A stretch of 17,031 nucleotides of DNA from Archangiaceae bacterium (GTDB lineage Bacteria; Myxococcota; Myxococcia; Myxococcales; Myxococcaceae), in contig JAYVCD010000026.1 of the NCBI GenBank assembly GCA_043750125.1, positions 1 to 17,031 on the forward strand, written 5' to 3'. Positions 1 through 8,372 of the stretch are shown in pieces; position 1 is the stretch's first letter; each line of letters opens with the position of its first letter. Both the position numbers and the translations under genes were made by a program. A model generated the notes under the pieces. The model made no database searches and was not told the DNA's origin. It saw only the letters and a program-made list of their open reading frames with translations.

Positions 1-372
1 AACGGAATCCTCCGCCTCCCGCATCCGCTCGTTGACCAGTTGCCGAACCCAGTAGATGTCGGCCCCATCCTGGAAGACGACCGTCACGACCGAAAGGCCG
101 TACTTCGAAATGGACCAAACCTCTGTGGACTTGGGCAGCCCTGCCATCGCCCGCTCTACCGGCACGGTGACGTACTGCTCCACCTCCACTGGCGAAAGCG
201 CCGGCGCAGCGGTGATGATCTGCACCTGAACGTTGGTGACGTCGGGTACGGCGTCGATCGAAAGGTTTGTTGCGGAGCGAACGCCGACGGCGATGAACAA
301 CACCGTCGCCACCAAAACGATTGGGCGATTCTGGAGGGACCACCGGACGATTGCCGAGAAGAAGGTGAGCAT
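1..372 (-). CDS. czcA: CusA/CzcA-family heavy-metal efflux RND permease, N-terminal 124 codons (runs off the window)
   Basis: Not in the ORF track. Manual translation from ATG at 372: MLTFFSAIVRWSLQNRPIVLVATVLFIAVGVRSATNLSIDAVPDVTNVQVQIITAAPALSPVEVEQYVTVPVERAMAGLP...SISKYGLSVVTVVFQDGADIYWVRQLVNERM. DAVPDVTNVQVQ is the CzcA-type N-terminal motif. The start overlaps the adaptor stop (TGATG). Confidence 0.93.
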   Translation of the reverse strand, partial: MLTFFSAIVRWSLQNRPIVLVATVLFIAVGVRSATNLSIDAVPDVTNVQVQIITAAPALSPVEVEQYVTVPVERAMAGLPKSTEVWSISKYGLSVVTVVFQDGADIYWVRQLVNERMREAEDSV

Positions 373-1544
373 CAGTGCTCGTCCTCGGAGAGGGTGGACT
401 TGAGCAGGAGGCTCTTGAGCGTGAAGACCCCCGAGGTAACGACCTCTTCCCCTTCGTCCAATCCGGAGAGCACCTGAACGTGAGCGAGCGCGGCGTCGCC
501 GAGCGTTACCTCGTGAACGACGAAGTCCCCGTCTTTCGCCTTCACGAAGACCACGTTCTTGCTTCCGACCTCAGTCACTGCGGTCCGAGGCACGATGACC
601 TGCAGCGTTGCGCTGCTGGGTTCTGAAACCTCTACGTGAGCTGACCCAAACAATCCCAGACGCAGCCGGAGGTCGTCGTTCTTCAGCCGCACTCTCGCCG
701 TGAGCGTCCGAGCCACGGGGTCGGTCTGCTGGCCAACATATTCGACGACCCCCTCGAAGTGCTCGCTCGGGAATGCGTTGAGCTGCACTTCGCTCTTCGC
801 CCCGACGCGCAAGCGACTCAAGTCCTTCTCGAAGATTCGGCCGAGGAACCATACCTCCGACAGATCCACGATTGTCGCCAGGACGTGCTCAGCGTTGATG
901 GGCTGGCCGACTACCGCGTCTCGCGCAACGACCACACCCGTGATTGGGGCGCGAAGGGGGACCAGGTATCCGCCACCCCCTTCCGCGTTGACGCCAATGG
1001 CACCGAGCTGCTCACCAATCGCCTTGGCCTCGGCCTCCTGGGCATTCGCCTCGGCCTCCGCGTCCAACACCGCCTGCTCTGAGCCCAGCCCGGTCTCCTT
1101 CAGCGATTGCAGCCGGGCCGCATTCGAGCGGGACGCCTTCGCCCGGGCGGACGAAGCTGCATGGGCACCGCGAAGGCGCCCGACATCCGGCACGCGAAGC
1201 AGAGCCATCACGTCGCCCTTCTTCGCGATTGATCCTTCGTTGAACGTGACCTGGTCCAGCCGGCCCGCGGCAGCTGCCGACAAGCGCGCCGTTCGGTCAG
1301 GCTCGGCGGCGATTTCTCCGGGCAAGCTGACGATGGTCGCAAGCACCGCGCGCTTGACAGACTCGGTACGAATTCCAGAGGACACGACCACCTCGTCACT
1401 GACTCGAAGTTGGCGAGGCAGCTCCTCGTGCTCCTTTTCGTCGTGATGGGAATCGGCCGGCTCGCTGTGCGGCGGCTCATGCTCCGCGCACTTGCACCCA
1501 ACCAAGAGCATGGCCCCAAGGGCCGCCGACAAGACGGTTTTCAT
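372..1544 (-). CDS. czcB: RND efflux periplasmic adaptor (membrane fusion protein), CzcB/CusB family, lipoprotein
   Basis: 390 aa. Lipobox-like LLVGC, His/acidic segment (EHEPPHSEPADSHHDEKEHEE), MFP motifs LRAPITGVV, IVDLSEVW, DPVARTLTARV, LSGLDEGEEVVTSG. ATGA overlap with the upstream TolC-family gene. Confidence 0.92.
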   Translation of the reverse strand: MKTVLSAALGAMLLVGCKCAEHEPPHSEPADSHHDEKEHEELPRQLRVSDEVVVSSGIRTESVKRAVLATIVSLPGEIAAEPDRTARLSAAAAGRLDQVTFNEGSIAKKGDVMALLRVPDVGRLRGAHAASSARAKASRSNAARLQSLKETGLGSEQAVLDAEAEANAQEAEAKAIGEQLGAIGVNAEGGGGYLVPLRAPITGVVVARDAVVGQPINAEHVLATIVDLSEVWFLGRIFEKDLSRLRVGAKSEVQLNAFPSEHFEGVVEYVGQQTDPVARTLTARVRLKNDDLRLRLGLFGSAHVEVSEPSSATLQVIVPRTAVTEVGSKNVVFVKAKDGDFVVHEVTLGDAALAHVQVLSGLDEGEEVVTSGVFTLKSLLLKSTLSEDEH

Positions 1545-2806
1545 AGCGAGTCTCCTTCGAGGGAAAGTCCTGCCGCACGGGTCAGCCGCACTGACGCCAA
1601 GCAGAGGGCCTCGCGCGCGTCGATCTCCGCCTTCAACTGCTCGACCAACGCCTGCTGCGCGACCAGTGCATCGCGAACTGGGAGGCGCGCCGCCTTGATC
1701 TGAAGCGCGATGCTCTCGAGGCGGGCGCTTGCACGCTGAGTGCGTTCCCGCGTGTAGAGAACGCGGGCCTTCAGGCTCGCGCCGTACTCGGCGAAGGCGA
1801 CCATCAGCTCGGCTTGCAGCTCTCTGCCAACCCGATCGGCCTCTGCTTTGGCTCTTTCGGTAAAAGCCACGGCCTCGGAGATTTCTCCTGCCTGCGTGCG
1901 CCCAATCGGCTGTGGCAGAGGAATCGGAATGCTCAAAACCACCCCTAGGACTCGTTCATCGAACCCATCGCTCTGCGCAAAGAGGGACAGCGTCGGGTTC
2001 GGCACGCGCGAGCGCCGCAGCAGATCCACGCGACGGGCGAGTACCGCCTGAGCATCTCGAACTGCCAGAAGCTCGGGCCGCTCTCGCCCCACCGCGGTGA
2101 CCGCAGCGACGCTCTTGAGCGGTTCGAGATCGCCAACAACATTCACATCCAGGTCGTCGCCAACGAGAAACCGGAGCTGCGCTTGCCCGACTGCCACCAA
2201 CTCTTCGGCCTTCAGCCGGTCCTGAGCAGCTCGAATCGCGGCGGCATCGGAGACATCGGCGTCAACTTCCGAGGTGAGACCAGCCGCAACCATCCCGCGC
2301 ACGGTCGTTGCTACACCTTCGGTGGCGGCCTCCAGCCTCTCGGTCAGCTTCAGTCGCTCGCGAGCGGCGATCGACCTGAAGTATGCCAACCAGGCGTCCG
2401 CGGCGATTGTCCCCTTCGTGGCGGCGATCCTTTGGACCTGCACGCTCAGCTCCCCTTCAGCAAGATCGAGCCGCAGTCGACGCTGGCCTCCAACCTCAAG
2501 CTCCTGCGCGAGTCCGAGGTTCCAGTTGAGCTTTTGTTCAATCGGATTTGCGCGGGACGCGAGCCCACCCGACAGGACGGGGTTGGACGGCAAGATCGGC
2601 CGCGCTCCTTCGCGCCGACCTTCACCGGCTCGTAGTGAGGCGAGCTGTTCCCTCAGCGCCGGGCTGATCGCCAGCGTACAGGCGATCACGTTGCTCCGAC
2701 TCACTGGGCCAGCGCAGTGAGGTGACACCGGTTCGTCCGCCCAGCTGATGCAGGAAAGCAACAACACGGCGAGCCCGCAGGCCCCCGTCCGAAGAATGGA
2801 TCTCAA
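1541..2806 (-). CDS. czcC: TolC/CzcC-family outer-membrane efflux protein
   Basis: 421 aa. Signal peptide, outer-membrane factor motifs (PSNPVLS, QELEVGGQRRLR, RPEL, PNPTLSL, LSIPIPL). TTG start with GAGG at 2813-2816 just upstream. First gene of a CBA triad. Confidence 0.9.
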   Translation of the reverse strand: MRSILRTGACGLAVLLLSCISWADEPVSPHCAGPVSRSNVIACTLAISPALREQLASLRAGEGRREGARPILPSNPVLSGGLASRANPIEQKLNWNLGLAQELEVGGQRRLRLDLAEGELSVQVQRIAATKGTIAADAWLAYFRSIAARERLKLTERLEAATEGVATTVRGMVAAGLTSEVDADVSDAAAIRAAQDRLKAEELVAVGQAQLRFLVGDDLDVNVVGDLEPLKSVAAVTAVGRERPELLAVRDAQAVLARRVDLLRRSRVPNPTLSLFAQSDGFDERVLGVVLSIPIPLPQPIGRTQAGEISEAVAFTERAKAEADRVGRELQAELMVAFAEYGASLKARVLYTRERTQRASARLESIALQIKAARLPVRDALVAQQALVEQLKAEIDAREALCLASVRLTRAAGLSLEGDSL

Positions 2807-2812
2807 GACACA

Positions 2813-2893
2813 CCTCGCGTGAAGTGAACTGGCTCCAAGCCTGAGCCTGCGGCTCGACTCGAATGCCCTACGGCGGTGAACGGCTACGCGAGG
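2813..2893 (-). promoter_or_regulatory. Putative SD-sequestering RNA structure: anti-SD in the last codons of the upstream small ORF pairs with the czcC ribosome-binding site
   Basis: Perfect 8-bp inverted repeat: + strand cctcgcgt (2813-2820) and acgcgagg (2886-2893). In the mRNA, CCUCGCGU (end of leader ORF) can pair with ACGCGAGG (contains the GAGG SD). Two small inner hairpins (2831-2841, 2843-2855) shorten the loop. Confidence 0.55.
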
Positions 2894-3186
2894 GGAACTA
2901 TCGGGACGTGGAGGATTTCGCCCGGCTCAGGCGACTGGGGCACGGCAAGCAACCGCTCAGGCACTTCCGAGGACCCCGCCGGGAACACTGGCTTGATGTC
3001 CATGGATACGGGCATCAGCCGCAGGTGAGGGCAGCAGACACAGGTTGCGCAGTCAGGAGGACAATTGCCATTTGAGTCATCGTCCGGACACTGCTGCGAA
3101 CAAGCGCTTGCCCCAACGCCACGGGCCTCGCCTGTTGCGAAGGCGACGTAACAGGCCAGCCCAAGAGCAAGAGTGACTCTGATCAT
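2884..3186 (-). CDS. Small Cys-rich exported protein / putative metal-responsive leader peptide (CzcI/CutF/CruR-like in architecture and position)
   Basis: C-terminal 100 aa of track ORF 2884..3948, starting at ATG 3186: hydrophobic signal-like N-terminus MIRVTLALGLACYVAFATGEARG, Cys cluster CSQQCPDDDSNGNCPPDCATCVCCPH, Pro-rich tail PQSPEPGEILHVPIVPLA. Directly upstream of czcC on the same strand. Confidence 0.75.
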   Translation of the reverse strand: MIRVTLALGLACYVAFATGEARGVGASACSQQCPDDDSNGNCPPDCATCVCCPHLRLMPVSMDIKPVFPAGSSEVPERLLAVPQSPEPGEILHVPIVPLA

Positions 3187-3386
3187 TCGCGCGACCCTTA
3201 TCGTTTGCCTTCGCCCCTCGGTCAACTCCGACGCTCCGCCTCGCGCCCGAAGCTCGACCCAACGGGGCGGGCCGTGAGTCGGTTTCCACACGGGCCCATC
3301 AACACTCAACTGCCGCGATCCACCCGCCGTTTGAAGGGAGAAAAAAAAGCGACGCAGCCTCAGCCGGCGAGTAACCCGGCGGGTGC

Positions 3387-4322
3387 CTACCGAAGCTCGG
3401 GGTCGTAGGGCGTGCCCAACGCCGCCGGTGCCGCAGAGGCCGAAGGCTTTCGCGCCGCCAACACTCCCAGCGTCAGCAGGTACGGCAATGCCAGCAGCAC
3501 GCCTTGCGGCACGACTTCCAGCAGCCCGGGGGCTGACGAGGCCAGCCCGATGCGCAGCGCATTTCCAAAAGCGAAGAACGCCGCAGCGCCCGCGGCTCCG
3601 AGCGGCGTCCACCGACCGAACACCATCGCCGCCACCGCCATGAAGCCCAACCCCGCCGGCATGTGGTGCTCGAAGCGATCGAGCGTCGCGGTCGAGAGCG
3701 CCGCTCCTCCCAGGCCGGCCAACATTCCCGAGGCGATCACCGCTGCGAAGCGCAGCGCGTTGACGTTGATTCCCATCGCCGCGACTGCCTGGGGGTTCTC
3801 GCCGACGGCCCGCAGCCGCAGCCCGGTGCGGGTGCGCTGGATGAAGAGGTGCACGCCCCATGGGAGCACCAGCGCAAGCCAGGTCAGCGCGGTGTGCCCC
3901 GACAGGGCGCGCAGCAGCGGAATTCCCTCGAGGAACGAGAAGTTCCACCGCGTCAGCTGGACAATCGAGGGCGTCGCCGACGGTGAGGAAAAGACGGCCT
4001 CGAGCAGAAACGTTCCCAGCGCGAGCATCACCAGGTTCAGCGCCATTCCCGAGACGACCTGGTCGCTTCGCCAGCGAATGCAGAGCCAGCCGTGGATCGC
4101 CGCCACCGCGGCCCCCGCGAGCATTCCCACCCCCACCCCCAGCGGAGTCGGCATCGTCAGGGCCGCCACCGCGGCGGCGAACGCTCCGGCGCGCATCATC
4201 CCTTCGACTCCGACGTTCACCACCCCTGCCCGTTCGGACAAGGTCGCGCCCAGCGCGGCGAAGATCAACGCCGGCGCCGCCTCGAGCGTCGAAGACAGCA
4301 GCGCCTCGAGCAGCGCAATCAC
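3387..4322 (-). CDS. ABC transporter permease, nucleoside/CUT2 type (NupC/YufQ-like)
   Basis: 311 aa, hydrophobic. Motifs SERAGVVNVGVEGMM, DQVVSGMALN, GLRLRAVGENP, GFMAVAAMVFGRW, ALPYLLTL, APAALGTPY. GTGA overlap with the upstream permease. Confidence 0.92.
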   Translation of the reverse strand: MIALLEALLSSTLEAAPALIFAALGATLSERAGVVNVGVEGMMRAGAFAAAVAALTMPTPLGVGVGMLAGAAVAAIHGWLCIRWRSDQVVSGMALNLVMLALGTFLLEAVFSSPSATPSIVQLTRWNFSFLEGIPLLRALSGHTALTWLALVLPWGVHLFIQRTRTGLRLRAVGENPQAVAAMGINVNALRFAAVIASGMLAGLGGAALSTATLDRFEHHMPAGLGFMAVAAMVFGRWTPLGAAGAAAFFAFGNALRIGLASSAPGLLEVVPQGVLLALPYLLTLGVLAARKPSASAAPAALGTPYDPELR

Positions 4323-5401
4323 CCCGCCACCTTCTTCCCCAGCCGCGCCAACAGCTGCACCCAGACGAGCTTTCCGGCCACCAACAGCAGCGCCAGGCCT
4401 TGAATCAGCTCGGGGAAGCTCTTGTGCACTCCGAACAACTGCATTCGCGTTCCCCCTGCGCGCAAGGCTCCGAACAGGGCCGCGCTGGCCAGCACCCCCA
4501 GCGGGTGACCTTGACCGATCAACGCCATCGCGATTCCGTCAAAGCCATACGGAGCCCCCAGCGTCGCGGGGTATTTGTGCTCGGTCCCCAGGACCAGCAC
4601 CGCGCCGGCGAGCCCGGCCAATGCGCCCGAGACCGCCATCGCTTCGAGCATTCGGCGACCCACCTGGATTCCAGCGGCGCGCGCGGCTTCCGGCGCCAGG
4701 CCCACCGCGCGCCACTCGTACCCGCGCCAGGTGCGGCCAAACCAGACGGTCAGCGCGATCGCCGCGCCCAGGGCGAGAAGAAAACCTAGGTTCAGTCGCG
4801 AGTCGGGCCCCAGGAGCAACGGAAGCACCGCGGTGGAAGCGACTTCGTTGGTACCCGAGACCGAGTTGTCTCCACTCGCCACGCCCCGCAGCGGGCCCAC
4901 CACCAACCCATTGTCGATCAGCGCGACGGCGATCCAATTCAACATGATGGTGCTGATGACTTCGTGCACCCCGCGGCGGCGCTTCAGCTCGGCGGCGATC
5001 AACGCGTAGAGCCCACCGCCGATCGCTGCCGCGCTCAGACAGACCGGCAGGTGCAGCAGGCCGGGCAGTGAGAGCGAAGCGCCGCACACCGCCGCCACCA
5101 GAGCGCCGACCATCATCTGCCCCTGCGCGCCGATGTTGAACAACCCCACCCGGAACGCCACCGCCACCGACAGCCCCGTCAGCGTGAGGATCGCCGCCTT
5201 GGTCCCCGCTTCACCCAGCGGGCGCAACAGCACGCTGCTGCTCGCGCCGTCGAAGAAGCGGGGCCAGTCGCCGAACGCGCCCCACACCATCGCCGCGTAG
5301 GCATCGAGCGCGATGCCCAGGCCTCCGCGGGTGAGCGCGATTGCTGCGAAGCACACCGCCAGGGCGGTGACGACTGACAGCACCGAGGGAAGGGCCTTCA
5401 C
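4319..5401 (-). CDS. ABC transporter permease, nucleoside/CUT2 type (NupB/YufP-like)
   Basis: 360 aa. Motifs AFRVGLFNIGAQGQ, HEVISTIMLNWIA, GYEWRAVG, SGALAGLAG, GFDGIAMALIG. GTGA overlap with the ATPase. Confidence 0.92.
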   Translation of the reverse strand: MKALPSVLSVVTALAVCFAAIALTRGGLGIALDAYAAMVWGAFGDWPRFFDGASSSVLLRPLGEAGTKAAILTLTGLSVAVAFRVGLFNIGAQGQMMVGALVAAVCGASLSLPGLLHLPVCLSAAAIGGGLYALIAAELKRRRGVHEVISTIMLNWIAVALIDNGLVVGPLRGVASGDNSVSGTNEVASTAVLPLLLGPDSRLNLGFLLALGAAIALTVWFGRTWRGYEWRAVGLAPEAARAAGIQVGRRMLEAMAVSGALAGLAGAVLVLGTEHKYPATLGAPYGFDGIAMALIGQGHPLGVLASAALFGALRAGGTRMQLFGVHKSFPELIQGLALLLVAGKLVWVQLLARLGKKVAG

Positions 5402-6909
5402 GCTGCGCCCTCGGTGCCCAACATGCGCCGGCCCAGCTGAAGCTCGTCGACCGCTCCGCGCGCAAATTCACCGTTGAGCCGCCCGTCGAACATCACCAGC
5501 ACCCGGTCGGCCAGCGCCAGCACTTCGTCGAGATCCAGCGAAACCAGCAGCACCGCGCAGCCGCCATCGCGCACCCGCCGCAGATGAGCCCGCACCGCTT
5601 CGACCGCCGCCACGTCCAGCCCGCGGGTCGGCTGTACCACCACCAACAGCTTCGGCGCCGCGTCGAGCTCGCGCGCCACCACCAGCTTCTGCTGGTTGCC
5701 TCCCGAGAGGTCTGCCATTCGCTGGCCCGGCTCGCGCGGGCGGACGTCATGCTCTTCGAGCAGCTTCAAGGTGCGGGCGCGACGGCCCGCGAAGTCGACG
5801 AACGGCCCGCGCGCGAACGGCGGCGTGCGATGCCGCCCCAGCGCGACGTTCTCTTCGACGGTGAAGTCCCCGACCATCGCCCGCAGGTGCCGGTCTTCTG
5901 GAATGTGTGCCACCCCGAGCGCGCGGGCCCGATTGGGCGTCAAGGCCGTCAGCCGGGTTCCGCCGATGCTCACTGTTCCGTCCACCCAGGATCGCAGGCC
6001 CACCACCACCTCGGCCAATTCGCGCTGCCCGTTTCCGTCAACTCCGGCGATGCCGACAATCTCGCCCGCAGCGACCTCGAGGCTCACTGTTTTCAGCCCG
6101 CGCGCGATCACCCCACTGAGCACCAGGACGGCCAGGCCCCGAGGGACCGCGCGGGTCTCGGCCGCGTTCAGCAGCACGCCGGCGTCGCTTCCCACCATCA
6201 TTTCCGCCAGCGCCTGCGGCGAGGTCTGCTCTGGCTTCAGCCCGTCGGCGACCTTTTTTCCCCGCCGCATCACCGCAATCCGCGTTGCGAACGCGAGCAC
6301 TTCTTTGAGCTTGTGGGAAATCAACACCACCGTCTTGCCTGAGTCCGACAGCGCCCGGGTCACCGCGAACAGCTCGTCGGCTTCCTGCGGAGTGAGCACC
6401 GCCGTCGGCTCGTCGAGGATCAACGTCGTCGCCCCGCGGTGCAACGCCTTGACGATTTCCACCTTCTGCTGACTGCCCACGCTCAGGGTGTCCACCCGCG
6501 CGTTGGGGTCGAGCGCGAAGCCGAACCGCTTGCACGTCTCGTTCACTTCGCGAACCGCGCGCTGAAGATCCACCCGGCCGCGCAGCAGCGGCTCGGCTCC
6601 GAGCACCACGTTTTCCGCCACGCTCAAAGTCGGCACGAGCGTGAAGTGCTGCTGCACCATTCCCACCCCGCGCTTGAGCGCCTCGCGCGGGCTCTTGAGC
6701 ACCACCGGCGTCTGCCCAAACCGGACCACCCCCGCGTCGGGTTGGTACAGCCCGTAGAGCACGTTCATCAGCGAAGATTTTCCGGCGCCGTTCTCCCCTA
6801 CCAGCCCCAGGCGTTCTCCCGGGTGCAGCTCGAGCGACACGTCGTCGAGCGCACGCGCAGCGCCAAAGCGCTTGGTGATGTGCTCCAGCGAAATGACCCG
6901 AGAGCTCAG
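5398..6909 (-). CDS. ABC transporter ATP-binding protein with two NBDs, nucleoside/CUT2 type (NupA-like); probable CTG start at 6909
   Basis: Walker A GENGAGKS, signature LSVGSQQ, Walker B LILDEPT; second domain has a degenerate Walker A (GVDGNGQRE), LSGGNQQK and QPTRGLD. The track starts at GTG 6840, but the conserved N-terminus ISLEHITKRFGAARALDDVSL continues in frame up to CTG 6909, which overlaps the BMP stop. Confidence 0.9.
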   Translation of the reverse strand: MSSRVISLEHITKRFGAARALDDVSLELHPGERLGLVGENGAGKSSLMNVLYGLYQPDAGVVRFGQTPVVLKSPREALKRGVGMVQQHFTLVPTLSVAENVVLGAEPLLRGRVDLQRAVREVNETCKRFGFALDPNARVDTLSVGSQQKVEIVKALHRGATTLILDEPTAVLTPQEADELFAVTRALSDSGKTVVLISHKLKEVLAFATRIAVMRRGKKVADGLKPEQTSPQALAEMMVGSDAGVLLNAAETRAVPRGLAVLVLSGVIARGLKTVSLEVAAGEIVGIAGVDGNGQRELAEVVVGLRSWVDGTVSIGGTRLTALTPNRARALGVAHIPEDRHLRAMVGDFTVEENVALGRHRTPPFARGPFVDFAGRRARTLKLLEEHDVRPREPGQRMADLSGGNQQKLVVARELDAAPKLLVVVQPTRGLDVAAVEAVRAHLRRVRDGGCAVLLVSLDLDEVLALADRVLVMFDGRLNGEFARGAVDELQLGRRMLGTEGAA

Positions 6910-8042
6910 TGCGCGGCCGGTGCAGCGAAGCTCTCGAGCTCGACGCTGTTGCTGGGAACCTTCAGCGTTCCCGCGACGATCTGCCCCCTGAGCGCGGCGA
7001 CCTTCTCGAGCGCCGAGGCTTTGTCGGGAAAATCGAGCAGCACCGGAGCCAGGGACACCCCTCCCTCTTTGAGCCCCATCACCCGGTCTTCGGCCGAGAA
7101 CTTACCGTCGACCAGATCGCGGCTCGCTTCCCAGACCGCGAGGTCCACCCGCTTCACCATCGAGGTCAACATCGCGTCGGGCGCCAGGTGCGCCTGATCT
7201 GAATCGACTCCAATCGCGAATACTTTTTTGCCGGCGGCGCGGGCTTCTTTCACCGCTTGAATCGCCCCCAGCCCGTCGGAACCCGCTGCCGGAAAGAGGA
7301 TCTCGGCCCCCTTCGCGATCAGGTCCTGCGCGACCTGCTTTCCCGCCGCGACGTTGTCGAAGCTGCCGGTGTAGGTCGCGATCACCACCGCTTTCGGGTT
7401 CGTCGTCTTCACTCCCGCGCGAAAGCCCGCTTCGAATTTCTTGATCAGTGGAATCTCCATTCCGCCGATGAAAGCGACTTTCTCTTTCGCCACCAGCCCG
7501 GCCAGCGCGCCCGCGAGGAAGCTTCCTTCCTCTTCCTTGAACACCACCGTCCGCACGTTCGGCAGCGCCGTCGGCTGGCCTTTGGGGTCGAGAATCGGAG
7601 AGTCGATCAGCAGGAACTTCGCCTTCGGGTTCGCCCTCGCCACCGCCTCGACCGCGTTCTCGAGCATGAAGCCGGTGCCCACCACCAGGTCCGAGCCTTG
7701 ATCCACCAACAGCGAAAGGTTCGGTTGGTAGTCCTCTTGCGCCTTGCTCTGCACCACCAACGGACGAACTCCCAGCGCCTTCACCTGGCTCAACTCTTCC
7801 GGAACGCTCTTCTTCAGCTCGTCCACGGTCAGCGGCTCGTAGCTTCCGCTTTTGAAGCGGGCCCCCGCGGCCCAGGTCTCGAGCCCGCGCAACGCCGAAT
7901 CATTGAACGACTGGTCGCCTCGCCCGCCGATGTCCGTCACCAACCCGACCGTCTTCTTCAGGCTCGGCGGCGCCGGGTCCGATTTTTTGCAGCCGCAAAA
8001 TGTCACGAGCGCGACGACACACCAGAGCGGACGGTTGGTCAT
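6906..8042 (-). CDS. BMP-family (PnrA/TmpC-like) ABC substrate-binding lipoprotein, probably nucleoside-binding
   Basis: 378 aa. Lipobox-like TFCGC; BMP motifs GGRGDQSFND, FKEEEGSFLAG, FIGGMEIPLIKKFEAGF, IGVDSDQ, TSMVKRVD, GLKEGGV. Confidence 0.93.
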   Translation of the reverse strand: MTNRPLWCVVALVTFCGCKKSDPAPPSLKKTVGLVTDIGGRGDQSFNDSALRGLETWAAGARFKSGSYEPLTVDELKKSVPEELSQVKALGVRPLVVQSKAQEDYQPNLSLLVDQGSDLVVGTGFMLENAVEAVARANPKAKFLLIDSPILDPKGQPTALPNVRTVVFKEEEGSFLAGALAGLVAKEKVAFIGGMEIPLIKKFEAGFRAGVKTTNPKAVVIATYTGSFDNVAAGKQVAQDLIAKGAEILFPAAGSDGLGAIQAVKEARAAGKKVFAIGVDSDQAHLAPDAMLTSMVKRVDLAVWEASRDLVDGKFSAEDRVMGLKEGGVSLAPVLLDFPDKASALEKVAALRGQIVAGTLKVPSNSVELESFAAPAAH

Positions 8043-8121
8043 GGATGCGGCGGTTTAACCCACCCCTGTCGTCAGGGAAGAGTCGCTGCTAGGTTTTTAG
8101 GCAGCCGTCGCGCTCTGGCTG

Positions 8122-8372
8122 TTGAAGAAGAACTTGAACTCCGTTGAGCCATCGGACCTCGCTCGGGCGCTGTCGGCCGGATCCGACCGTGCGATTGCGG
8201 ACGATGAGCTCACCGCCCTGCAGCGCAAACTGGAAGAGATGTTGAAGGCCTGCCATCAGGCCTGGCCCAGCGCAAAGCTCGCAGATTTCGATTTCGTGCG
8301 GGCTTTGGGCGCCGGCTCAGCCGCGAGGGTCCGCTCTTCGACGCCCTCGATGCCTTTCACGCTCCCGACCTG
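8122..8372 (+). pseudogene. Truncated, frameshifted N-terminal remnant of a myxobacterial-type RNA polymerase sigma-70/ECF factor (resembles the Myxococcales family 1, TIGR03001-like proteins)
   Basis: Frame 8122 gives LQRKLEEMLKACHQAWPSAKLADFDFVRALG. After a 1-nt shift at GGG 8307-8309 it continues RRLSREGPLFDALDAFHAPDL, matching my recollection of the 'AWP...FV..L..RL...L..LH..DLYLA' N-terminus of that family. Similarity ends abruptly near 8372. It lies directly upstream of a kinase remnant. Confidence 0.55.

Noticed and set aside
3187-3386. NiCo (czcD) riboswitch or a canonical intrinsic terminator upstream of czc
   Set aside because: I could not find the NiCo four-way-junction conserved sequences, and the U8 tract is not directly preceded by a strong hairpin. 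Kept only as a low-interest structured spacer.
3187-3948. N-terminal 254 aa of track ORF 2884..3948
   Set aside because: It overlaps the permease in another frame and crosses the spacer; it is Arg/Gly/Ala-rich shadow sequence. Only 2884..3186 looks like a protein.
8064-8105. Small inverted repeats ccctg-tcgt-caggg and gctgcta...taggcagc upstream of the BMP gene
   Set aside because: Short or imperfect, and expected by chance at this GC content; no independent support.
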